Below, piece by piece: positions 21,895-34,127 of a stretch of 42,079 nt of DNA. This DNA comes from Macrostomum lignano (taxonomy: Eukaryota). Each line of letters starts with the position of its first letter. Position 1 is the stretch's first letter. The DNA lies in NCBI GenBank assembly GCA_002269645.1, contig NIVC01003275.1, positions 1 through 42,079 of the forward strand, read 5' to 3'. Below the pieces are notes generated by a model, which ran no database searches, was not told the origin of the DNA, and saw nothing but the letters and a program-made list of their open reading frames with translations. Made by a program: the position numbers and the translations under genes.

Positions 21895-22828
21895 ATGCCG
21901 CCGAAAGGACCTGGAAGGAAGCCTAAACGCGCTACCTACGGGCGGCCATTCGAGTCTAAAACGAAGCCGCCAGCCGCCGCTATTGATTGCAAGACAGGCG
22001 AACCTGCTGCTGCTGCTGCTGCTGCTACTGCTATTGAGCCTGAATCAAGCACACCTGGTGTCGCTACTGTTGTATCGGAAGTTACGAATTTCGCAGTTGC
22101 TGCTGCTGCTTCTGGTGGTTCTGACAATGTTGTTGCTGCTGAAGATGCGACTGTAGACTATGAATTGCGCAATGCTGCTGCTGCTTTGAAGGAGAGTGGA
22201 TTGTGTGACGAAACTCGCGGTAAGCTTGTGTTACTCCTTGCCATTGCCAACTTTCACATACGACGGAATAGATTGTAACGGAACTGGAATAGTTGGATTC
22301 AGATGTCATGAAAGTTGGATGATAAAGTTTAGAATGCTGTTTTAATGTATATGCTTGAATTATAAGCCTATAACTTAGTATTATACTCACCCTAATGTGC
22401 TTCAGACTGCCCAATTCCTGTTGTCGTGTCTACTACTGATGAATTAGCAGGACAACAAGCTGAATTGGACGAAGCTGCTGCTGCACTTAGAGAAGCAGGT
22501 TTTTGCCACACTGACGGTAAGGCCTGTCTTAGCTTACTGTCTATTACGGGTGGAATAGTTTTTTAAAATCAAGATTTTGAAATTTAAAGAAAGCTTATAT
22601 AGGATCTACAAGTGACACTATTGGTATCCAAGATTTTCTAGGACCCAGTTTTTGTTTGGTCATATCTCAGATTTCTCAATAGAGAAATTCCACAAATGCT
22701 ACTTTGCATTTTGTCAATGTAGTATTGTGATGTCCTTTATTTGGTTTGACTGACGTTGTTTTTTTGCAGTTCAGCTTCAAGAATTTTTGGGGAGTAGCGA
22801 TTATGAAGGATTATGGTTCGTTCGTTAA
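21895..22828 (+). CDS. ORF1: 3-exon accessory gene of unknown function (exons 21895-22219, 22406-22516, 22770-22828; 164 aa)
   Basis: Two phase-1 GTAAG donors, TTCAG/TGCAG acceptors with CTAAT/CTGAC branch motifs; open spliced frame; same structure at 37677; basic GRKPK/YGRPF N-terminus and internal repeat EL-x-AAAAL-x-E-x-G-x-C. Confidence 0.7.
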
Positions 22829-23203
22829 GGAATATTCTTTCACAACATTTACAGCGCCATTTTCGAACCAATCTTGTTAGAGGACTTTTTGCTGGTTGGG
22901 TGGGTTTTTATGGAAAATTAAGTTTAATAGCTTGAGTTTTGGAAGTAAAGTTTTCAGTAGTCACTTAAAATGTTGCTTAAATGGTTTAGATCGATCGATC
23001 GATGCAATTATACGAACTAAAGACGGCCTTGAGCACGGTCAAGAGCGCTTCTAGGCAAGTGTGCTGGTGACTTGATCCAGACATATCGCGGCTGGGTCAG
23101 AAATTGCAGATATCAGTTGTTGGAGGGTTGTAAAGCACTAGCACTATAGTGCTGTAAAGTCAGACCAAGGTAAGCTGATCCAATTCTTGATTACAGAAAG
23201 TAC

Positions 23204-24763
23204 ATGTCTTTTAACTTCAAAGGTGTCGCGACTTTGGAAGATGACACGGAGGACCGAGGGGGTCTGGCGACGCTACAAGTTGGCCGTGCCCCACAATGGA
23301 TGCCTTTGTCTGCCTGTTGGTTGAAGCGCATCCCAGGTGATGGAAACTGCTTCTTTTCGGCTCTGTCGGATCAATTGCAAGGCACAGCTTTGGAAATGAA
23401 CGCAGATAATCTTCGACAAACGCTGGCAGTTGAGTTGGAGAATTGGATCGACAGCGCAGAGAACGACACTGGCATTTCCGAAGCAGAGTGGCGCGATTTG
23501 CTGGAAAAGACCAAACGAAAAGGCGAATATGTTTCTGACCACGTGGCTTCAGCAGCAGCTAGACTGCTTGGCATCGAGATCTATGTGTACCAGGACATGG
23601 GCGCTGGTTCGAATCTCGAAGGAATTTACTTAGGCCCAATTGGCGTGGAACCGCGAGCAACAGTTCGATTGCATTTCAATCGGCAAGGTGAGCATTACCA
23701 GTCGGTACATGTGCGTCAATCGTCTCATCTAGCCGCTGTGGATGATGGCGCAGCCAAGATGATGCCGCCGCCGCCGCCGCCTCCTGCGATTCCGATGCAG
23801 AGTGTTGCGCAGAAAGTGCAAGAATGGAAAGAAGTGAAATGTAACCGACGAGCATGCAAGAGGGTTCCAGGTGCGGCTGCGACTGATGTAGACAACAAAT
23901 TTAGCATTAGAGTCGACGAGAATCGGTTCAATGTACTATGGAATGTCGACCTAGATGCGGACGAGGAGGAGCCAACTCTCTCTGTGTGTAGCGGCGATGA
24001 TTCAACCAGCAAGGTTTCGTCGAGTGTTTCGCGGCGCAGTCGTCGAAATCGAAGCGTTCCGAGTTGTCCTACGCGACGTAGCAGTCGTTTAAGCGCGAAA
24101 GCGTGCAGCAGCAGCAATGCGTCTGTATTGTCGTCAGCAGAAGCTTCTGACAGTTGCGCTTCAAGTGTAGTTCGACGCCGAAAGCGAGTTGTCAAGCCTG
24201 GCAGTCCAATGCGTCGAAGCGAGCGATTACTAGCCAAGAAAAGGCGTATGGAAGAAGGTGACGACGCTTCTTCAGTTGGTGCATCGAATTTAAGCAGCAT
24301 TGGAGCGGCTACTGAGTCGGACAAAGTGAGCTGCATTGCACGGGAGGAAGAATTCGAGTTGGCAAGTGTAGTTCTGGAAGAGATCAATGATTATCAACGA
24401 CCGACAAAGACTAAGTCTCAACAAAGAGGAGGACAAAATGGTCAAAGCAAGAGTCGAAGTTCACCAAGAAAAAAGGCCATTGATGAGCAGTCCATACCTA
24501 CAGATACTGTTTTAGAAGCATCGCCAACAAAGCGCAGGCGCACTAAAGTGAACACTGTTAAAGAGGGTCGTTCTTCGCCTAGAAAAAAGGCGCAAATTGA
24601 GCAGCAGCAACAGCAGCAGCAACGAGTTGAAATTGAGGCCGAAGAGCCGGAAATCGAGCACGTTGACCCTGAAGAAAATAATCCTGATGCTGAAGAGCAA
24701 GGCGCTAGCGATACCAGTTTGCCGCAATGTCTTCGCAATCCATTTACAATCGCAATCAGGTAA
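23204..24763 (+). CDS. Truncated OTU-linker ORF (519 aa) of E1; Rep and helicase absent
   Basis: First ~370 aa nearly identical to the ORF at 250; C-terminal ~150 aa diverged but open; ends NPFTIAIR* at the junction with the 326-bp repeat. Confidence 0.85.
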   Translation: MSFNFKGVATLEDDTEDRGGLATLQVGRAPQWMPLSACWLKRIPGDGNCFFSALSDQLQGTALEMNADNLRQTLAVELENWIDSAENDTGISEAEWRDLLEKTKRKGEYVSDHVASAAARLLGIEIYVYQDMGAGSNLEGIYLGPIGVEPRATVRLHFNRQGEHYQSVHVRQSSHLAAVDDGAAKMMPPPPPPPAIPMQSVAQKVQEWKEVKCNRRACKRVPGAAATDVDNKFSIRVDENRFNVLWNVDLDADEEEPTLSVCSGDDSTSKVSSSVSRRSRRNRSVPSCPTRRSSRLSAKACSSSNASVLSSAEASDSCASSVVRRRKRVVKPGSPMRRSERLLAKKRRMEEGDDASSVGASNLSSIGAATESDKVSCIAREEEFELASVVLEEINDYQRPTKTKSQQRGGQNGQSKSRSSPRKKAIDEQSIPTDTVLEASPTKRRRTKVNTVKEGRSSPRKKAQIEQQQQQQQRVEIEAEEPEIEHVDPEENNPDAEEQGASDTSLPQCLRNPFTIAIR

Positions 24764-25700
24764 GCTTTCATTTGTATTATTCACCATTGTCATGACTATA
24801 TGACTCACTATTTGTTTTTTGATAAAAGTTGTAATCCAATTTGACATTTACATGTAACACGAGCCAGGGCGTTGCGACTAAGTCATTTACAACTGCAGCG
24901 TACCTGACATGCAAGATGTTCACCGACAGCAACCAAGGTGGTACGCAGTGCCAGTTGTTCATTCACCTGCTGGGCGGTCTGGTGTCAAACTTTCAATGAC
25001 TGGCATGCATGCGATCGCTACAGCGAGACATACAGTTGAAAAACTGTTTCTGAAATTGAGAAAAACGAAAAGCACTGCAATTAAGGTAAGCTTTCATTTG
25101 TATTATTCACCATTGTCATGACTATATGACACACTATTTGTTTTTTGATAAAAGTTGTAATCCAATTTGACATTTACATGTAACACGAGCCAGGGCGTTG
25201 CGACTAAGTCATTTACAACTGCAGCGTACCTGACATGCAAGATGTTCACCGACAGCAACCAAGGTGGTACGCAGTGCCAGTTGTTCATTCACCTGCTGGG
25301 CGGTCTGGTGTCAAACTTTCAATGACTGGCATGCATGCGATCGCTACAGCGAGACATACAGTTGAAAAACTGTTTCTGAAATTTAGAAAAACGAAAAGCA
25401 CTGCAATTAAGGTAAGCTTTCATTTGTATTATTCACCATTGTCATGACTATATGACACACTATTTGTTTTTTGATAAAAGTTGTAATCCAATTTGACATT
25501 TACATGTAACACGAGCCAGGGCGTTGCGACTAAGTCATTTACAACTGCAGCGTACCTGACATGCAAGATGTTCACCGACAGCAACCAAGGTGGTACGCAG
25601 TGCCAGTTGTTCATTCACCTGCTGGGCGGTCTGGTGTCAAACTTTCAACGACGGGTACTCAACGACTGGCATGCATGCGATCGCTACAGCGAGACTTAAA
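24758..25700. repeat. 326-bp tandem repeat, 3 units
   Basis: AGGTAAGCTTTC starts at 24758, 25084, 25410. Confidence 0.95.
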
Positions 25701-25731
25701 GTTGAAAAACTTTTTCTAACAACGATGCTTA

Positions 25732-26451
25732 TCTGATGATTGTAGTAAAAGTTCTCGGAATATTTACTACAATATTCACTTCATTCAAACTTATTATTAT
25801 TTTTATTAATTTATTAGTATTCAATGTAATTTGCATCAGAGGCAATAACCTCCTGCCAACGTCCATACAGAGAATGGATGCTTTTGCGGTACCACTCGGA
25901 GTTGTGAGAGTCGAATAAGTCACGCAGATGCTTCTCCAAGTCCTCCTCATCTTTGAAGCTGTGAGCAGCCATGGACTGGCTGAGCGCGGCAAAAGGTGGT
26001 AGTCGGTAGGCACAAGATCTGGGCTGTAATATGGGTGGAGAAGAACTTCCCAACCCAGCGTCAGCAGCATTGAGAATGGCCAGATATCTAGGTCACGAGT
26101 TGCCAGTTTATGCGACACCCAGCACTTGAGTTTAGCTTTTAGATTTCAAAACATAACGCCTGTTGTCTGCTGATTGTTCTACGCGATGAGCACTTCCAGG
26201 GCATCGTCATCATTGAGTTCAGGTGAACGCTCACTTCAAGACGTGTCCTCAAGGCCCAGTTGTCCATTCTTGTAGCGCTTGTACGAGCTACCAATCCTAC
26301 ACCCTGGAGGTCTTGATGGTGGACTGGGAATGGGACTCGGACTGGGAATAAGTAATACCGTATTTATACTCATGAAAAAGTTCTAGAAAATTCAAGAAAA
26401 AAGTTGTATTGAAATGTTTTAAAAATTCCGAAAACTTTCCCTACAATCAGA
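25732..26451 (-). mobile_element. Deleted mariner, copy of 9869-10588
   Basis: Same TIRs, TA flanks and ORF fragments at offset 15863. Confidence 0.93.
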
Positions 26452-26656
26452 TACTTGAATACTGTTCAAATTCCATTGATACGTCCAAACTGCAAATGAA
26501 ATTGTGCATTTATTAAGTGTTATGCTTAGCATTTTTTCTGTAAAAGTCTCTCACTCTCTGTTTAATAATACCCTATTTTCTTAACCAGTTAGCATCTTGT
26601 TATATTAGACAACTTTTCACATTTAGTGTACACACTTGTATGTTTTTCCAGAGTGT

Positions 26657-26717
26657 TTGTCTAAGTCTGTCTGATCGTATGTTCATCTCTTCAACAGTCT
26701 GTCTGTCTCTCTGTCTC

Positions 26718-26755
<38 letters not shown>

Positions 26756-26893
26756 GGTTTGTCTGTTTGTCTGTTTGTCTGTCTTTCTGTCTGTTCAGCC
26801 GTTTAACTATCTTTCTGTTCATCTGTTTATCTGTCTGTCAGATTGTATGTTTGTCTCTTTTTCTGTCCATCTATCCATTTATGTATCTATCTA
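26657..26893. repeat. (CTGT)n/(CTAT)n microsatellite
   Basis: Direct reading. Confidence 0.95.
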
Positions 26894-27253
26894 TGAACCA
26901 TATGTACGTCTATTTAATCTATAATATCTATAGAAGCAGTAAGAGTTAATTAAAGCTCCATTCGACAACAACTTTATGCAGTGACCCCTACTCTCTACTT
27001 CTTTCCTTTCTCCCCTCAGTCTTCTCTCTCTTATATCTACTGCCTGTATCTGTTTTGTTCAGGGTTCAGTACCAATCGGAAAATAAATATCACCTCCCTG
27101 ATCTGGATATGATTTTGGCCAAATGCGTATTAGCCCTATGCCAAAGGTTAAAGTCTACGCTTAACTGATGGCTGACATGGCAGGCTCCTTGTCCTTTAAA
27201 TCCAAGAAAGCAAAGCAAATTTAAATTCCATTCGCCACTAAAACTCTTTGGCT

Positions 27254-27294
27254 CCTTCCTCTCTCCTCTCTCCCTCTCTCTCTCTCCTCTCTCC

Positions 27295-27378
<84 letters not shown>
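27254..27378. repeat. (CT)n microsatellite, 8 bp shorter than in E0
   Basis: Offset to E0 changes from 15863 to 15855 across it. Confidence 0.95.
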
Positions 27379-27379
<1 letters not shown>

Positions 27380-28013
27380 AGTCTTCACTAGGCCCAGTCA
27401 TGAGGTCTTTTGGCCTTAGTTCTTTGTCCATATGACAAAGTTCATATGTCTGTTTTCTGTCTAACTATCTATGTACTGTTTACTGTCAGTTTGTTAGTTG
27501 GCCTGTCTATGGATTACACTATCTTCGTAAGACAGCACAAGTTCGTTGTAAAACGTTTTTAGTTGAGTAGCGTTAAAACATTAATATTTTCCAGTAGCGC
27601 AATAGCGTTAGCGCAAACGGAGTATAATTAGGATTTTTTACAAATATTAACAAAGGTTAACAAATTAGCCTAAACAGTTTTATAAATTAACGTAATTAAA
27701 TTGCCATATTGTCACTCCTGTCAAAGTGTATTCTACTTATATTAGCAGCTAAGCTTTGCTACTCTCCCTTTTGAGTACTTTTTTATTCCGTTTCTTAAAA
27801 AATACAATTTTCATTTTAATAGAATTTTATAAAATTTTAAATTCGTTCCATTTAATTTATAAAAGTTGATAAGGTAGTCAAATACCAACTCAAAGTAATG
27901 TTCGTGATTAGCCTATTGAGAATTTATACGAGCAGTGCAGTCTATGTACAGACGACACATTACAGACAGACAGTCACACAGCTAATATTAGTTGCACAAC
28001 TTTCTTCTTTCAG

Positions 28014-28498
28014 ATGATCGTAAAACCATATTTCAATGAACAGGGAGGCGGGCGAGGCGAAGGCGGGCGAGGCGGTGGCGGGCGAGGCGGAGGCGGGCGA
28101 GGCAGAGGCGGAGGCGGGCGAGGCGGAGGCGGAGGCGGACGAGGCGGAGGCGGAGGCGGAAGCGGAGGCGGAAGCGGAGGCGGAGGCGGGCAAGGCGGAG
28201 GAGGAGATGGCGGCGGAGGAGGAGATGGCGGAGGAGGAGGAGATGGTGGAGGAAGAGGAGGCGGGAAGGGTTCAGTGCAAAGTAAGTCTGAATTAGTATA
28301 AATGTGTATATACATACACGTATGTATATAAATAGCAAAAACGCTTACAATCATTTCTATATTGTAGAGAGATGCTTCGTCTGTAAGAAAATAGGGCACA
28401 TTGCCCGTAACTGCTGGAAAAAAAAACAGCAGACAAAGCAACAAGAGCAGCCGCAACAGCAGACAACGCAACAAGAGCAGCAGGAGAAGCAGGGATGA
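28014..28498 (+). CDS. Spliced Gly/RGG + CCHC gene, E1 copy (exons 28014-28281, 28368-28498) with a Gln-rich tail
   Basis: Same splice sites as E0; A9 instead of A11 after the knuckle gives KKKQQTKQQEQPQQQ...*. Confidence 0.7.
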
Positions 28499-28542
28499 CA
28501 GTGCATTTGGACTGAGGGTAGTTTTGTGTACTAATGGCTAAA

Positions 28543-28908
28543 TGAAAGGGAATAGAGAAAAGAGAAAAGGAAAGAGTAGATAAAATATTAGATGAAAGAG
28601 AACATGAAAAGAGAGAATTAAAAGGGATAGATTAGAGAAAAGAAAAAAGAGAATAAAGGCGAGAGAAGAGATGAGGGAATTGAGAGGAGAGAGGAGAGGG
28701 GGTAAGAGAGGTGAAAGAGGAGACAGGAGGGAGTAGAGCCGAAAAGACGAGAGAGAATAGATAAATGAGTAGAGATGAGAAGAGGGAGAGGAGAGAGAAG
28801 CGAGAGGATAAGGGAGAGAGGAGAGGGTAGAAAGTAGAGAGATGACAGAGCAGAGAGGAGATAAAGGAGAGGAGAGAGAAGATGAGAGAGGGGAGAGAGA
28901 GGAGGGGA
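28543..28908. repeat. GA-rich tract
   Basis: Copy of 12690-13055. Confidence 0.9.
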
Positions 28909-29393
28909 AAACCCGTGTTTGAATCGCGTAAATTTTTAGTTTGTTTTTGTTAAGCATTTTTAAAATTGTTCAAACAGTTACTGTATTTTAACTTTGTGTT
29001 TATAAATGTAAATGTATGAAAATAAAATCTTACTGATCGAATGTGTTGTTAGCGTTAAATATATAATTACAAAGGTTTAATTGTCTTCCATGCAGCAAAG
29101 TATCTTGCGCTTATTTGGCAACTCTGATTGTAGCGGTGAACATTAACGCTTCGCATTTTGATGCACAGCACGGACGGAGTCCAGACAGAATGACAAATGT
29201 GTTAACTGTTGGTTGGTGTCTGCCCAAACTGAGCTTAGCTGCGCAAATATCATTAGCCAAATATGCTGTGCTCTTTCTAACTGCTAGGGTGGCCCTGCGC
29301 CTGAGTGGCACACTCAATTATTGCTTCTTAATTAAGTTCTTAATTTGGGTTTAATAAACAGGTCAAAGCCGTAAAAGTTACAAACATTAAAAC

Positions 29394-29448
29394 CATCGTC
29401 CCACCTTTGAAGACGACAGCGTCTTCATTCACTAGTTGTGGGACGATG
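29394..29448 (+). other. Second putative head-to-tail junction (E1/E2)
   Basis: CATCGTCCCAC-CTT-TGAAGACG-ACAG-CGTCTTCA-TTC-ACTAGTT-GTGGGACGATG. Confidence 0.7.
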
Positions 29449-31141
29449 AGCCAGTAAGTAGTATAGAAAAAAAGGCGAGCGAAGCGAGAATTTTTTTCTA
29501 TGCTGCTTACTTTTGCGAAATCGTCCCTGATAAGATGTAGCAACGGTGTCACATAGGAAAATGACGTTTTTCAACTTTTAAACGCTGCGCATAAAAAACG
29601 GTACGACCGATTTACAAACGGTTTTTGCCAAAATGTGTCAAAGACCTAGCGCTATCGGATGCACAATAGTTGGTTGCCATGGCAATGCGTTTTGGTTGCC
29701 ATGGCAACCAAAAACTGCGTTTTTTCGACATTGTCAAAAAATTTGATCTCAATTACAGCGGCAGGAAATTATGGCAGCGCTTAGTGAGTGTGCTCAAAAG
29801 ACGCGGGCATTCAAACGCTACAATGATCAGAAATGGATTTTTTGATTGTACTTTAACGTCTAGGCTAAAAGTACAAAAAACGTGTTTTTTGAGGTCGAAA
29901 ATTTGGCATTTTTTCGACTTTGCCTCACCGCAGCGAAAAGGACGCGCGATAGCGCGGCCTTTTAGCTGCCTCCTAGCCTTAAAAACACTTAAGGCTGTTT
30001 GATGCGCTATATTTTTTCGGGCTAAAATGTACTTTTCACATGGCTGCCTATCTGCACTTTAAAAGTACAAATTTTTAGTACACCTTTGAAAGGCCTATGT
30101 CGTCGAGATGGAAAAGTTTGTTTTTCTTTTTTCTATACCAAATCACTCAACAGGATGTCCTCTATTTGGAAATATCGAGATCGCGCCGATTGGGCCATTA
30201 ATAACTTGCCCAGGTGCCAAAAAGTGCCTAAAAACGTCGTTTTCAAAAAATTGGGTCACGTTTTAAAAAAGTAGTCCCCGAAAATAAGGAAGCGTTTTAT
30301 GCTACGGTGTTGAGACTTTAACACAACGTGTCAAACATTTGGAAATTTGTTTTCCTGAATTTTCTAAGCATTTGGACCTACCTGTGCTGAGCAGTGACCC
30401 GGAAACCAGGGAAAAGAGAGGCCGGGGGCTCTGCAGAAAATCAGACGTTGTTAAGGAAATTTTTTTAAAATGGGGCGAATTTTTTTGAGTGTAGTGTCAA
30501 ATTGTAGCCTATCGGATGCCCTTTTGAATGACATAAGACACTCCTGAAAAAACCCCTGTTAACAGGTACTTTTTACCTGTTAAGTGAAAAACGGCCCATT
30601 TGGGGTACAAACTTTGGAGTGGAAAAATAAGAAATTTTGCGCACCGATTTTTCTGCATTTTCAATATTGTTTAGTCGAATAGCTAAAGTTTCACCGGTCA
30701 TACGCCAATATGGCTGGAAAATTCGTATTTTTGAGAAAATTGCCTCCGAATTTTGAGAAGGCCATTTTTGGGCAAATTTTGAGCATACTTTTGCTAATAA
30801 CTCTGCATTGGCAAGGCCTAGAGACTCCAGTTTGGTGTCTAAAAACAGCACTACTGATGTACTATGCAACTAAATTAGTTTTAAAAATTGATTCTTAGGT
30901 TAATAGGTCTTAATACCTGTTTGATTACCTGTCAGAACAGGTGAAAATGCATTATTTGGCGCCTAGGAGCCGTAAAATTTGTTGACATAATTTGAAAATG
31001 CATTGGATGAATGCGCCTTGATGTTAGCTCTGTAACGACATGCGACTCGTATTTTTAGGTTAAGGCGTTGCGATGCAGCGAGCAGAAATGTATGAAAAAG
31101 CAGCAAAAATCGTAAAAGTGGCTACCATAGGGAATATTCGA

Positions 31142-31258
31142 TATAAAGGGCGTGCACTGTAGAGCTTCGCTTAAGCGAGAGATGGATCGGGGGCGAAGGC
31201 AGTTGCATTGTAAAATACATGTACCCGGGTTCGAATCCTAAGTGGACCAGATTTTTTT
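31142..31258 (+). pseudogene. tRNA-like Pol III cassette X, E2 copy
   Basis: TATAAA 31142; GGGTTCGAATCC 31227-38; T7 at 31252-58. Confidence 0.6.
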
Positions 31259-31539
31259 CTATATTTAATTTTTTTAGCAGGAACGGATTTTTTAGTATTT
31301 TCAATTCTCTTTCACTTGAATATAATTTAATATTAATTGTTTAATTTTCCTTTCCTTCTATACCTTATTAAAGAGTAAGAGTGAAGCTGAAAGTGCGGCA
31401 CAGATGATTTGTTAGTGCAGAAAGAAGATTACGATACATATCGGCAAGTATGTGTTGATGTTGGTCGCCAGAAGGCTTACAAGCAGTTTTAGCGTGCTAA
31501 AAAGATGTGTTAGAGGTGGGAAAAGTTGCGGAGGGGTTA

Positions 31540-33700
31540 GGTGGGGGAGCGGGGGTGTGGGGGCGGCAGCCCCCACGTTACGCAAACCCCCAACAACAAC
31601 CACCCTCCCCAACAACAAGGCGCGGGAGGGGTGGGGGAGCGGGGGTGTGGGGGCGGCAGCCCCCACGTTACGCAAACCCCACAACAACAACCACCCTCCC
31701 CAACAACAAGGCGCGGGAGGGGTGGGGGAGCGGGGGTGTGGGGGCGGCAGCCCCCACGTTACGCAAACCCCACAACAACAATCACCCTCCCCAACAACAA
31801 CGCGCGGGAGGGGTGGGGGAGCGGGGGTGTGGGGGCGGCAGCCCCCACGTTGCGCAAACCCCACAACAACAACCACCCTCCCCAACAACAATGCGCGGGA
31901 GGGGTGGGGGAGCGGGGGTGTGGGGGCGGCAGCCCCCACGTTACGCAAACCCCACAACAACAACCACCCTCTGAAACGAAAAATTATATGGGGTTTTCCC
32001 ATATTATCGTTTCCTTCTGCCAACAGTTCAGGAAGACAACGAACAATGGACCTCGATGGTAACTTTCTCTGTGTGATCTCTAGAGTCACATTCTCAAACT
32101 TCAGGCGAGGATCTTTCCTCTTCAATCAGTATATTTTATAAGCTAGCACACTGTACGCGAGCAATGAGGAATAGGAGCAGTAGGGAGAGAGTGGGATTTC
32201 GAGGCCCAATAGGCAGTGTCGGTCAGAGGTTGTGCATGCATCACGCGAGGGTCGCATGGCTGGGCTTCTTGCTCGCCGATCATCAGGACTATTTTTAGGC
32301 ATGCAGATCTTGTGCATCTGGGGAGTTGCTGCCAAGGCTGGATGCTTGTTCACGCATCACGCGCGTGTCGGCTGATTTCTCCCATCCTCTTGCTAACGGC
32401 GCCTTCGTTTCACTTCAGTCGCTCTTTTTTCAGGGAAGCGAGGCCCTCCGAGCTCTGTTGAAAATAAGCTTGGAGCAATGATGACATGGAGTACAGTTGT
32501 GCATTTGCTTGCGATACGCAGTCCCACTTGGTAACTTGCAGTTGAGTTGATGTTGTTGAAACACGAAACTTGGTCAAGGGGCAAAGTGAACTTGTGACAA
32601 CAGTGGATGAATTGTACCAGCATATCCTCTTGACTATTTAATCAGATCTGAGAGGGGGATTCACGTGAACTCGGAAACTCGACAAATTGAATGGGCTTTT
32701 CGATGCCCTAAACAGTGACGCAAATAGGACGGGACACGGAGACTCGACAAATTGAAACAGCGTCTGGTAGACAGTCAGATCGGGATGCTGGCTGAAGGTA
32801 CATTGCAGTTAAATAGGACGTCGGAAAAATACCGTCTTGACCAAATTGATTGTGTAGATCTCTCAACGAAAGTTTCTTCTTGGAAGGGTAAACTGCGTCG
32901 CTTCTTGATCTTCGTCCATTGGTCTTGTTTAGTTCGAAGTCTTCCTTTACTGAAGGCAGGAAAGTCTCAGTTCTCGATTCATTCGAATGGCTGTTGAAGA
33001 CATGCAGCAGAGCGATAACTGCATGGTATCTGAGACTTCTGTCTAGCGGCGACTCACGCGGTCAGTGGAACCAATTGAAACGAAAAATTATATGGGGTTT
33101 TCCCATATTATCGTTTCCTTCTGCCAACAGTTCAGGAAGACAACGAACAATGGACCTCGATGGTAACTTTCTCTGTGTGATCTCTAGAGTCACATTCTCA
33201 AACTTCAGGCGAGGATCTTTCCTCTTCAATCAGTATATTTTATAAGCTAGCACACTGTACGCGAGCAATGAGGAATAGGAGCAGTAGGGAGAGAGTGGGA
33301 TTTCGAGGCCCAATAGGCAGTGTCGGTCAGAGGTTGTGCATGCATCACGCGAGGGTCGCATGGCTGGGCTTCTTGCTCGCCGATCATCAGGACTATTTTT
33401 AGGCATGCAGATCTTGTGCATCTGGGGAGTTGCTGCCAAGGCTGGATGCTTGTTCACGCATCACGCGCGTGTCGGCTGATTTCTCCCATCCTCTTGCTAA
33501 CGGCGCCTTCGTTTCACTTCACCTCCTCAACAACAACGCGCGGGAGGGGTGGGGGAGCGGGGGTGTGGGGGCAGCGGCCTCCCACATTACGCAAACCCCC
33601 CAACAACAACCACCCCCAACAACAACAACAACAACCCCAACAACAACAAAAACCCCAACAACAACAACCCCTTTTACAACCAACAAACAACAACAACCGC
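31540..33700. repeat. 91-bp G/C-rich array of E2, interrupted by an LTR element
   Basis: Units at 31540-31971 resume at 33522. Confidence 0.92.
31972..33521 (-). mobile_element. Non-coding (TRIM-like) LTR retroelement, 1550 bp: 446-bp LTRs (31972-32417, 33076-33521), 658-bp interior, 4-bp TSD CCTC
   Basis: TG...CA LTRs identical by eye; CCTC at 31968-71 and 33522-25; minus-strand PBS TGGTTCCACTGACCG (33059-73) 2 nt from the LTR; purine tract GAAAAAAGAGCGAC next to the other LTR; TATA-like motif at 32134-40. Confidence 0.93.
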
Positions 33701-34127
33701 CTTAACAACCCTTTCTACACAACAGCAGAGTGGATATTCTTTAATCTAATAAAATATTTTTTATTATTATATTTCTACAGTTATGTATAAACTTTGTTTA
33801 AATCAAATTGAAAATGTAGCCCATTCAGCTTCTCAGTTCTTCATACGTCATAGCCGTAAAATATAAAAACACGATATAGCGTTTTAATTAGTTCTTAATT
33901 TGGGTTAAAATAAATAGGTCATAGCCATAAACAATAATGGACATAATAAACCATCATAAGTATTTTTATTAATTATTTTAAAAAGTTATGCTTAAACTTT
34001 GTTTAAATTAAATTATAATTAACTAAGCTTCTTAGTTTTTTAAATTTAAAATAGGCCATAAAAGTTACAAACATAATAAACCATCGTTACAAAATTGGTA
34101 GAAATGGCTGCTATTAGCGATATTTCA

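Larger units (their letters stand above)
13579..29430 (+). mobile_element. E1: complete non-autonomous Helentron-type element (~15.85 kb) with Rep and helicase deleted
   Basis: Bounded by two copies of the junction motif; keeps ORF1, the OTU half and the 3' cargo; lacks the equivalent of ~1775-9220. Confidence 0.7.

Noticed and set aside
21886-21897. Shine-Dalgarno AAGGAG before ORF1
   Set aside because: Only 1 nt from ATG, and the gene has spliceosomal introns.
22273-22345. Extra ORF1 exon inside intron 1
   Set aside because: The corresponding E2 frame hits TGA after 3 codons; not conserved.
32418-33075. gag/pol remnants in the LTR element interior
   Set aside because: Only short ORFs; no RT, integrase or gag motif recognised.
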